The notes below the pieces were generated by a model. It worked only from the letters and a program-made list of their open reading frames with translations, did no database searches and was not told the origin of the DNA. The position numbers were made by a program, and so were the translations under genes. From Halocafeteria seosinensis (lineage: Eukaryota), in assembly GCA_001687465.1 (NCBI GenBank), contig LVLI01000241.1:1-64000 (forward strand): 64,000 bases of DNA, in the 5' to 3' direction. Below, in pieces: positions 24,141 through 35,700 of the stretch. Every line of letters starts with the position of its first letter. Within the stretch, counting starts at the first letter, position 1.

Positions 24141-27136
24141 TTATTGAGAATGAACCCAGCATACTCCCACAACCGAGCTAGCTCCCGATTGATGTAATCG
24201 CTCAAACCAAGCGTGTTGCTGGGGCGAAGGACGATCCGTTGAAGCATCCTTGACTTCCACCATGTAAAAACAATACCGACGCCGCGAATTACCTGACGTC
24301 CACCCAAATCGTGAGTTCCCATCGTCAGAGCTATTCTCCTTTGGGACCGTAAAGGTACCAGGAACTGGATCTTCCAAACCCCTCCAGCTCCATTGGCGTA
24401 TTGCTTCGCGTTCCTGGTTATCACAGCCGTACATTGAACCGAAGATGGAAGGTGATACTCGTGTGCCAACCCCTTCGTGAACGTTGCCTTGGCAATCTCC
24501 TACCATGCCGAAAGAGCAGCAGCGACACATTGCTGGCTTCCATATGGTAATATCTGGCAGACCGATAGAACAATTGTAATAGTCTTTCGCAAATGATTTA
24601 AGAATGCAACACAAGGAATTTGTTCCCTGGAAAGCATCAGTCATTGTGTGTATCATCTCACACAAAATTGGAGCAGGATACTGGTCCCAGCGCACAAACT
24701 GAGCTAACTTTCCGTAGTTTCGGTAGTATTGCTTATGTAGTAAACAAGCGATTTCACAAGCACTCATTCCACGCAGACGATTGATCTTCTCTGTAATGTC
24801 CTCTATATTGAGGAATGCTGCCCCAGTAGGAAACTGTTGAAAACAATTGTGAAACAAGGACGTAGTACCGAAGATTTCCTCCCAACATAGTAGCGTAAAG
24901 AGCGTTCTCCATAGACTATTCTCAGAATGAAGTCCTCTCCATCCAAGTCGTCCTAACAACCGTGCATTGCAAAGCGTGAGGGCTGGAAACGGGGAAAAGG
25001 CAGTAGTACTCTGTTGCCGGTGGACAACGTTGCTCTTGAAGGTAACGTAGAACGCGCGAGCCGCACGGACGATCGCGCTTTCAGGGAAAATTGAGCAGCA
25101 ATCACGAGCACTCCCAGAGTTTTTCCCTTGAGACGTGTCGAGAGCCATTATTTCGTTAGGCTCCTTGACATGAAGGAACGTAGACAGGACAAACTCTTCT
25201 ACGTTTATCCGCGAATTATCCGGATCCACAAATCGGTCGCGATTTACATTCTCTTGTCGATCATGCTGCTTAACCGACTTGTTCAGTTTGTGTGTTCTTA
25301 AGTGTCCGACAAGATGGCCATACTGCACTGGTCGGAACGGAGAGCAGCCAGAACTTTCTCCCCTACCATGGTCATTCCCAAGATCTCGCCTATCCCGTTC
25401 AATCGCGTCTTGGAGCTGCTTGTATTTCTGTCTTAGAATTATTTCGTACGTCCCTCTTACCCAGCAGTCCTGTTGCAATGCTTGTTCGCAAATCCGAAGA
25501 GCCATAGGTTTCGATCGCGAGGCATCGCTTGTTGTTACCGCTAATCGGTACCACCACTGCCCTCTGTTAGGCCCACTACCAACTCCAGCTCCATAACTTG
25601 ACCGAACTGCATCGATAATCAACAATTCAAGAAATTCCTCGCTTAAAGTGTAAGGCTAAACCAAATGCTCGACGTACCACTAGTATTGAACGATGGATCT
25701 TGTTTTAACAAGAACTTATAGAGCTGTGTCGCAGAAATCAGAGAGCTGTTGTTGTTGCGTGCTCTCTCAAAATGAGATGCAAGAAGACTTATGCCCTTCA
25801 TGTATGTTACAATAGGATTCATAACCTGCTGCTCTGCTTCAAAGCTAGTGAGGTGCTTCTTAGTTGTAGGATGGTCTCGATCCAACGAGCAATATTGACG
25901 CCATTCCTTTATCACCCTCAGAACTCGAGGCTTCCATCTAACATCCGTGGCCAATGCTGGGTTGATTCTATTAGACGGGGAGCTAGATGGGCCAAAACCG
26001 TTTCTTTTATGTCCAGGAAGAAGGATCGCTTTACTAGAAATGTGCTTTATAGACGAGTCATCCCCACTCTCTAAGGCCGAGGCAAGAGATGCAAACCAGT
26101 GAGAAGCTTCCTTCTGGAACCGCGTCAAACGATGATGCTTAGAAAACAAACGAAGCATCATTTTATGCTGTAGTGGCAGCTTGCCCACAGAAGCGCGTTG
26201 TAAAATCAGCTTTTGGATGAAGTAGTAAGAACCGTCATCGTCGGTGTCCCCAGATAGAAGGAAAAATGCAACGTCCAAGCCCTCAACTGTACGTTCGCTA
26301 ATGGCACCATTTTCATCGAGAAAGCCATTGTAGGTCGAGCTTTCAGCTGATATAGGAGCAAAACGACATGGCATAACTTCTTCAGAAACCCGAAATTTCC
26401 GTTTCAAATATAGCATAGCGACGTATTGGCGCTGTTCCCTCTGCAAGGAAAGGTACTTTTTCAAATGTACCCGCAATTTCTTCGGCAGAGCGTCCGGGTA
26501 CCCTTGCGCCGCTCGTAGGCATCTAATAAGAACAGTAATGCATCCAGTTGCAGCTTTATCACATGCATTGACTATGATCTCTGCTAAACTTTGCAATTTT
26601 ACCGGGTGCATACCCCCTAGACAAGGATATAGTCCGACCTGCACAACCAACGTTTTCCATTCTTTCTCCTTGTGAGCCGACTGCAGTCTAGTCAGAGAAT
26701 TGCGTTCCCCGGCTGTTAGTCGAAGGCGGACCAAATCTGGGTGAGTATTCTCAAACTTGATCGCTTCCGGGAAAACGGTATGGAGCAATGTTGATGGAAC
26801 AAGTTGCGTCGCCACGGCGGTCGGCTTCCAGGTTGTGAATTCTCTGGGACTTAAGCATTTTGAATGGATTAATTTGGTCTGACATGATGGTTCCGTCTCC
26901 TGCTGCCGTTGATTGGACAGCAGCGAAGGGTCCTTCTCAAAGAGGGGAATGCTTTCTGAGCGAGTTGCAGAGTCCCCTTGAGCAAAATACGTTGCAGAGA
27001 GATAGTCTACCACGGCGTGACGTGCTACGGAGGTAGGCACACTGAATTTGATGTCCAGGCTACGTTGCACAGGCCAGCAAGGGGACAGAGGAGCCTCCAT
27101 TGTACGCGTGGGAGAAAGCCCATGCATGTGCCTCAT
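24141..27136 (-). CDS. FAN1: FAN1-like nuclease (TPR + VRR-NUC); 5' end uncertain
   Basis: RGQWWYRLA, NVEEFVL, GWRGLHSENSLWRTLFTLLCWEEIF, GLPDITIW...MVEVK...DRPSPQQHAW. The two ORFs are joined in frame by a 71-nt GT-AG intron (25677-25607). Confidence 0.85.
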
Positions 27137-28299
27137 CAATCAAGACTACCGCTTGGGATCATCAACTGGTGTTTGTGAAACTGTAAATGTGTGAAGCTCA
27201 TGTTGCCAAGTTAATACCATGATATGTATATTATTCAAAGGTTTATGTTCCGTCTTGATAAAAGCATCTCACTAATGTATGTTCCATGAGTGGTACCAGT
27301 GTACTGCTAGGTGTACAATTGCTCTCTTTCCGATTTGAATTCAAGCGCTGCAACCAGGATCAGGAAACCAAGCCATATGGTCCACATAATATAGTGCCAC
27401 ACACTACCCCGAAAGGTTACAGCGGAATGCGGAATACTACAAACACTCAGAAATCTATTCGCCATTTGAAGGTGGATAAGTGAAGAGAGATGGTGACACT
27501 TCCTCTGAGTTGTACAATTTTTACTGAGTTTCCATTTGAGTTTCGAAATTGTCATGTTTCTCGTTCGTAGTGTGTATTATTTATGGCCTACCGGCTAAGT
27601 GGGAATGTAGCGTTCGTTCTCCCGTTTAAGTCTCTTTCCCATGATGTCTCCACATCTCAACGTGGCTAGTCAGTGACTAATAATACTATCGCTTATCGAA
27701 ATTTTACCCAAGAAAAGCGCTATAGAGCAGCGTAATTCTGCAACTCTTTCATTTCTCTCCTGCCCACAAACTGTGCAAATCAGATGCCTACTTCAGTCTG
27801 CTTCCTCACATATGAACATACCCGGGGGAAAGTTCCAGTGCTGACGTCACAACCGACAACCTAGATTCCATTTGATACCGGACATTAAATCTTGCATCGG
27901 TTTGCAGTACGCGACACCCTTTACCTTGAGCCCAGTCGGTCCAGCGCAAGTACGATCCACGAGGGGGAATCCATACTCCGGATATGCCGTAGGCACGTGC
28001 GAGGCATTTTCTTCTCTTAGCGCCTTAGTTTCTGACGGCAGAGTGCTCTATCTCTCAGTTGCTTATTCAATGAAGTACGGTAATGAGCCCGTGATAAGAA
28101 CGCTATAGTCACTTTACCGGCTTAGCTGCAAGTTGCTCCTCTTCACGTCTACGAGTTTTGAAGGTCTCCCGTGGCCTCTGGCTTGCTGTACGTCTTCGCT
28201 TGCGATGCAATACACTTTACGAAAGCGTCATCCAAACACAATAGGGATCTTCAAACCACAACGAAGCAGAAAATTTGCCAGAAATACAGCAGCGTGTAT

Positions 28300-28473
28300 T
28301 CATGGGATTTTCCCCGTTAACTGCTTAATGCTGCAGCATTGGGTTCCACTGGTTGGTTTCTATTGCCTGGAATGCCTGGCTGACGTCCATATCATCATGA
28401 ATGCAGAGGCCACAGTCGCCACCATCATCACTTTGCCAGCTCGGCTGCCACTCGGTCCTCCTCCCCGTCTCAT
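28300..28473 (-). CDS. Possible single-TM microprotein (37-39 aa)
   Basis: ATG after an A-run; MRRGGGPSGSRAGKVMMVATVASAFMMIWT, with a possible 54-nt intron (28384-28331); divergent from PRX5. Confidence 0.3.
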
Positions 28474-28690
28474 TTTTTTTTTTCCCCGTGTACGCTTAAA
28501 GCAATACTCTTGTGGTATATCATAGACGCATGTGCACGCATTAATGAGCACCGTCAATCCACAGTGAATACTGCAGAATAATGGAATCACAGCGGATTGA
28601 TCCATATATCGAACAAGTAAGCTTTACGTATAATACACACAAACAAGGAGAAAAAGGTCTATTCATATCGTCCAATCTATCTTAAGGAAA

Positions 28691-28708
28691 AGAGAGAGAG
28701 AGAGAGAG
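28691..28708 (+). repeat. (AG)9 microsatellite just upstream of the PRX5 start codon
   Basis: AGAGAGAGAGAGAGAGAG read directly. Confidence 0.9.
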
Positions 28709-28721
28709 AAAGCAAGCAATT

Positions 28722-29575
28722 ATGTTCACTTCGACACTTCTCAGACAAAGCGCTCGCTGCGCTACCGCTCATCGAGCTCTTCCCAGAGTGGCTCCAGCCG
28801 CCGCCTTCGGAGCTTCTACGCCCAATGTGGGCGCTGCTGTGCGGTGGATCAATACAGGGGACTCTGTCCTTGCTGGAGGAGGAGGAGGCGATTTGACCGT
28901 CAAAGTGGTGCGCAACGGAGAGGTGCAGGATGTCACGCTCGCGGATTTGTTTAAAGGCAAGAAGATTGCGCTTTTCGGTGTTCCAGGAGCTTTTACACCA
29001 TTGTACGTCAGAGGGTTCATTTGATTTGATGAGAATTCGTTGGCCGCCCTCGGTGGCATCCACCATACACGCGCACTCGCGGTGTGTTCTGATTGTTCCC
29101 GCAGGTGTACGGGGAACCATTTACCAGGATACGTCCAACACGCGGATTCCCTGAGAAGCAAGGGAGTGGATGAGGTCGTTTATCTAACTGTGAATGATCC
29201 TGCAGTGTCCACAGCGTGGGCAAACCACGTCGTAAGTTATCTTTGAGTTGATATTGGGCCATTTCAAACAGCGACGGATCGTTGCCTTGTTCAGAATGCC
29301 GGGGACAAAGTATCGGTAGCAGCCGACTGGAACGCAGCCTTGACGAAAAAACTAGAGCAAGAAATCGATTTGTCGGCTGCAGGCCTCGGGGAACGCTCTA
29401 AGAGGTCAGTTACTCAGACTTCCGTAGATCTACAATGGATTTGCATTGGACTTGTGCTGGTTCTCACAGGTTTGCCGCGATTGTCGAAGACGGAACGGTA
29501 AAACACATTTCCACAGAGGAAAACCCTGGCAAATTGGAGGTATCCTCCGCTGAAGCACTCCTGGAGCATCTTTGA
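28722..29575 (+). CDS. PRDX5: Peroxiredoxin-5 / type II peroxiredoxin with mitochondrial-type presequence, 4 exons
   Basis: LADLFKGKKIALFGVPGAFTPL|CTGNHLPGY...KGVDEV...VND...AW, GLGERSKR|FAAIVEDG.V...S.AE.LL; Arg/Ala-rich N-terminus without acidic residues. Confidence 0.95.
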
Positions 29576-29769
29576 GAATACCAGTTTGGAAATAGCACAA
29601 TGTATGCATTTAGAAATGAGATGGCAAAGAACCGCAGCCATGATCTGGAATACCTGTGTATTAATTCCAGTTACCGGTGGGTCACACTTTAACATTAGTG
29701 TGTTTTGTGTGGCATACAACAAAAACTGAACAAACAAAAATATATGCCATTGCGTAAAGCGTCAACGCA

Positions 29770-32700
29770 TCACTCATTACTTCCTCTATCCCCTCTTGCC
29801 TGGCTACTTCCCGAATCCTCGGGATGAACTCGCTGGAGTCTAGTTGAGCTTCGCCTCATGGGGTTGGTGAACGTCCGTACTGGTTCGTCAACAGGCTGAA
29901 CTCTGTGTGTCGTCGCACCGCGCTCATTTGTCCGACGGAAAAGCCGTGTAAACCAACCATATCGCTCTCTGCTAGATCCATTGGTATTATCAACTTGGAT
30001 TTCATCATCAAAACCTGTAAAATCTGCGGCGGTATTATCATCCTTGCATTCACCGGACTCTTGCCACTGGTGGTACAGTGGGTTCCTACAACGATTGTGC
30101 ATATCATCTCCCGCCGAGACACCTCTATCCGTTTTCGGAGTCTGAATGCCCTTCGCTGAAGTATGCATTCTTACATCAGGACCAAAGACGATATCGTTTC
30201 TTCCTGTACGTATGGACTTCTTAAATGACTCCCATAACTGTTGAACATCAGCTTTGCACATAGGACAAGACCGCCGCAGTCGTAGCCACTCAGTTATTGC
30301 ACTGAGTTCGAAGTGGTGGCCACAGGGTAGAATCTTGACAACATCACCTTCTTCATACTCCTGCAAAGTAATTGCACAGCACAAATCTTCCTCATTGCGA
30401 TCCTTCAATGGTGTTTGAGAAATCAGCGACTTGTCGAAGTAGAATGCGGGGAATTTCTTGACGACATCCTCTTGAGCTGCTTCTCCGCGCCTCTGGGCAC
30501 GGGCCTGTAATTCTGACAGCGTCGCATTTTCTTCATCCCATTCCTCCTCTTCGCTATCCTCGGGACGTTGCCTCCGAGACTTCAGAAAGACCTTATGGAT
30601 ACAACATCCAAAGCATAAGCAGCCGCAAAATCCTGCTACAATAACTGCGGCTAAGAAATACACATCAAGCTCACTTGGAAAACGACTAGTGAATGAGAAA
30701 TGCACTCCAGAACCACCTCCCGTGTCCCCCAGTAATACGATTCTGAGCATTCCGTTTTGAGTCGTGATTGGGGCATGCTGTCCCTTGGACTCGAAGCTCG
30801 ATGAATCTTCGAAGTTGATTGCGCTACCATAATAAACTGTAGGTTGACCCAGTTCTTCTCCCAATTCCTTCGGCCTATCTATCTCCTGCAAATCAGTATT
30901 CGGAGGAATCTGGGGATGTGGCGGACCAGGTTCCTCCAACAGCCAACTACCAATATATGAAACTTTGACATCCGCGGAAGATGTGGGCGAAGAAAACCGT
31001 TCAAACGTGGATAACTCCTTATCGGCGTCTGTAAGCACAAGCAACATATCCCCGGGACCCAAATCCAGGTTATGAATCCTCACTTCCAACTCTAGATTCT
31101 GACCAGTGTTTTCAGTGCTTTCCAGTACCGGCACGAATCGCCACTCACAGCGGGTCTTTCGGGGATATACTGTTGTAACTTCCTTCGCATCGCATTCACC
31201 CTCATTGTCGAAGTTTGCAGGGGGCAATCCGTCCAATTTCGACTCCTCCATGGTTCTCCAGCGCGATCGAAAATGCAAATAACCCCACAAAGGATGGGAT
31301 TCGTCCCGCATTTGGTTAGCAATAACCGAGCTCCCGCCAACACAACTCTTCCCGGCAGAGCCATAGCGAACGAAGCCTTCACTCGACGTTCTCTCCGTCA
31401 TCCTATCGCATCGCTGCTCCAAGCAATACTCAGCAGTAAGTCCAACTTCAGAGGAGCATCTTTGCTCATTATCACTGTTAAACAGCATGCATGAACCCTG
31501 AACACCACCACCACTTGAAGTAGCTTCATCGCACCAGCCACAACGCAAAGCCTGTGAGGAGTTGGTAGAATTAGTGTTACGCGTTGGATCGACACTGAGA
31601 CAGGATTTGCAGGTGCTTTGCTTTTCGCAGATTTCCGATGGTTTTAGCTCCCGGGTAGGGCATTTGCTGCTCTGATCGGGCGGCAGCCATTCGCTCTCAT
31701 CCGTGGGGTCAAAGAGCACTTCGTCCATAAACAGCGAGACTAGATCAATCATGCTCCACTTGTTTGGATACCGTGGGCTAGAGTTGTCCACCTTGTTCTC
31801 GGGGGGACAAATCCCTCCCAGAGGATCTCCACTGGAGCCGACGGTTGCGCCACAGAGACCTTTCGATTTACACCACCCGCACCGTCGAGCGCTACGTACA
31901 TTGATTTCCCCGCATTCGGTACAAGGGGATGGCAATGACTTGTCCACTTCGCAACTAGGCCAGAAGCTTGAACCATACAGATACCTACCGTCACAGTCAT
32001 CTGCATACATTTCAAAAGGGTCTCCCGGGGCACAGAACGAGATTTTCGAGCTCCGGCTGCACCATCCACAAGCCCTGTCACGCAAGCACCTCCCGGAAGA
32101 AAACATATCCGACGCTTTGCATCGGTCGATTGGACAGCTGTTCCGATCCCTAATCCATCCCGACGGGGTAACAAGCCCTCCAATCGGAGGACAAACGTCC
32201 CGTACGCGAGGATTGGTCGATTCTTTAGAATCAATTATATGCTCGCAGCGCTTCGTTGATATACAAAACGCACAGTCAGGACGTGACACACAACCGTTAC
32301 AACCATGATCTTCCTCCCCAATGCCCAGTTCGAAGCAGTCTGGATTACAAATCCTCTTCGCGTCATCAAATGCTTCCCGATGGAAGAAAACGTCGGCGCC
32401 ACCATTTGAATCACTTTCAATGTCTTGCGGCAAGTAATAGTTCCCACACTGGTCCCCCAGTACTGCGGGACCGTGTTTATAGCCCGGAACGCACGAAGCC
32501 GTGAGCGAACACCATCCACAATAGCTCCTTTGAATACAAGTCGTACATCGTCTGTACTCTGAGCAATTCGTTTGCGGAATACTCGAAGTAAAATTGGTAT
32601 TGAAACCTTCCAAAAATGTTATACCAAGACCTTGTAGGAGTTCGGGCTTGTTCACCGTAAACTCTTCGAACTTGTCGCCCAGGGCCTGGGCAGAAATGTC

Positions 32701-35700
32701 ACCATCTTCATCCGCCCAGAAAAGAAGCCCCAGACTCTTAGAGGAACCGTTCCCACGTGTCTCAAACGACAAGAATACAACGCGATCTACAGAAGTTCCC
32801 ACTTCGTTTGCTAATACAGCTCTCCATGCTAAAGAAAACTGTTCAGATAGAGCCCTCGTAAGGACCGTAAGCCTATAGAACGTTCCATCGAAATGACTGC
32901 AGTCCTCTCCCTTGTATCCCCGGAAACAACTGCACTGTCCATTCCACGGGTGGCATGACCCTTGCCCTGAGCAATCGTTAGGGCAAGGCAGCGGATCAGG
33001 AGACCGAACTTGGAGCAGACGGGAACTGTCGCCTTGGACATACCACTCCCCGATACCAGACACCGCTTGGACCATGACGTAGTATTCTGTGGCTGGCGAC
33101 AGTTCGGTTATGGTTGTATTGAAGGAGGTACTACGAGCACGTTCCTCCTCGGATACTACGTAATCTTTTGTCGCAATCCACTTCATGTTATTAGCACCAA
33201 TAAGCGAAAACCTCGGAGCGATTAGTTTCAACAAGCTCACCCGATATTGCTGTATTGGCAGTCCGCCATTATCCTCCGGAGCAGACCATAGAACAGCAAG
33301 AGCGACAGGAGAAGATGTCTCTTCGTCAATGGAAACGTTTCGGGGGGAAGAGGATGCACTGCCCAGCGTCGTCAACTCCTGGGAGGAGTTCGTAGATCCG
33401 GAAAGTGATCCTACTCGGGCTTCTATACGATACGGGGTTGCTACGGAGAGGTTACCAACGTGGATCTGGATAGGAGCGATCAAGTCTGTCGGGGCACTAC
33501 AGGAAGCAATTACGTGGGACTCGTCAGCGGGGCCGCAATTACGACCCATGATTCGATTCTCGCTGATATTCCCGTGAAAGACCACCATCTCGCGAGACCA
33601 CAGTGATTCGTTTTTGCCCGGACAGGCATCACCTCCACAACGATGCTCTCCCGAAGAATTTCGACTCGCACAGAGACACACTCGGATTGCCACCGTAACC
33701 ACGTTCAGGCTGCAACCGGTGCGGGGCGAAACTACCGAGACGTTTATTGCTAAAGCACTTGGATCCCAGGTCTTTCTTCCGTGGATTTGTGCTATAGCTG
33801 TACTAGCCTCAAGGTCATCTGCAGTCATCACGATTAACGTCTGGCTATTGCGTCCACGCCAGCCTCGCACTGGGAAGGAAGGTCGAGATGTATTGGAAAT
33901 CGAGCAATTGTGAAATGCTACACTGACTTCACTGGTTCCAGGGACATATCTATCAGCAGCTGTAATCGCTCTGGCACGAAAGCGATAGACCATATGCGGT
34001 TTCAGTTGCAGATCTAGCGTGGCAGCGTTCCGTGCAGACAATGATGTGGAGTGCCCCGGAGCGAACACGGTTGTGTTGAGACCCTTCAAAGAATACGACC
34101 TACCTTGCGAGACAGTGATATTCGGAACAGAATTAGACCAGCAATCTTCCCTGTGAACACAACTACCCTCCGAAGGTATAACTTCACCGAGGGCGAGATG
34201 GTGGCCTGGTTGAAAGCAACCTAACGTTGTCCAAGCGTACAAACCATCAGATGGCGAGGAGCGCCTGCTGCAACGCAGTTCTGAGCCAGTGTCTAGCTTC
34301 ATCGGCTTGCTGTTGTTCAACGAAAGGCAATTCCATGACGCCCCGCTGGAAAATGTGGTAGAAATAAGGTGGCTTAGATTAGACGCATAAATTGTGTCAG
34401 CGGTATTCAAGCCGGTCATGGGGGTACCGTACGCGGAGTTCTTCGCCGGTATCAGAGACGAAGCAGCCAACGATGCGCCTGCGTTGCTATCATAACCGTA
34501 CGTGTCTAGCAACCTTTCACAGTTGTTCTGTAATGGCCCATCGATACCAACATCCACTTCGTAGCAGAGAAGGGGGAGACCTCCAAGTTCTTCAGGCGAC
34601 TCTAACTCAATAACTGCCGAGGAGCGACCGGGACGGAGGGCAAAGCTCGGAGGGCTGCTAGACGCACTCGAAGTCGTAGAGGCAACAAACTTCCTAAATT
34701 CTCCATGGATCACATCGTGCTCACCGTTGGTAGAGTTCAGCAACTCCTCCAATGTAGCACCAGAACCTTCGCTGACGGCACTGCTAAAGACAGGAGAGAA
34801 TCGAGCCGAAAAAGCCACCTCTGCGAGCAGTGGACGGAACGTATGCGAAATTAGATCTGATGGAAGTACTGGCTCGTAGGCAAAGCTCGGAACGAGATGC
34901 ACCGATTTACCCTTCAGCGGTTCTAGAGAGGCTGACACTCTGGGGATGAACTCTGCTTGACGATACTCCTCGAAATCTGCAAAAGACTCAACAATATATC
35001 CGATGTTGATTCTTCCTGCTGCAAATTTAGGTGCTTTCCACTGTGCTACAACCTCCCCTGCAGCGGCTACATGTGTTCGTACATGAGAAGTGAAAGGGGT
35101 CGCATTGCTGCAGTTTAGCAGCAATGTTTTCGATTCTCTCTCTACCCATTTCTGCTCCCCCCTATTGTAAACGAAGTTGTTAAGTGAATACGAAAAACCT
35201 GAGGGAGGCTGAGGGAGTCTAAGGATTACTGATCTCTCAGTCGCTAGGTCGAATACGGTCTGACTATACAGATCAGTTAACGTTATGTTCTGAGATATCT
35301 CGTTCAAGGTCAGATTACCAATACTTCGATTGTTCCCCGGTATGTCCTCAAGAAAACTGTGGACCTCGGTTGGCACCATCGTTTCAACGCAGTTAGTGTT
35401 AGCGACATTCCGCGATAAGGATAGACGGATTGAGTGATCCACAGTTCTCAAGGAGCAAGCCAACGTTACCTTCACGTCAGTAAAACCTTTCCACTGCTCA
35501 GCGTCGACGACACTTACTGACACAGATGGATCAGGGGTAGGTCTATACACGATTTCTTGGATGGCTGCTAAGGTTAGGAGACCAGACTTAAACCGGGTTC
35601 TTCCGACAAATATGAATGCATCATCGTCGTTCCAGTTAAGCCAAACAGGTATATCACTCTCTCCAAGACAAATTTGCTTAGCAAGCGACAATACCTGCAC

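Noticed and set aside
25607..25677. Apparent frameshift splitting FAN1 into two ORFs
   Set aside because: Explained by a canonical GTACGT...TGCAG intron that restores the frame.
27820..27845. GGGGAAAGTTCC resembling the RNase P/MRP P4 motif
   Set aside because: No matching 3' strand of P4 could be identified.
7628..29575. Functional clustering of redox genes (Grx, GST-N, PRX5) and repair nucleases (MRE11, FAN1)
   Set aside because: Interspersed with unrelated genes, predicted for different compartments, and compatible with chance in a gene-dense genome.
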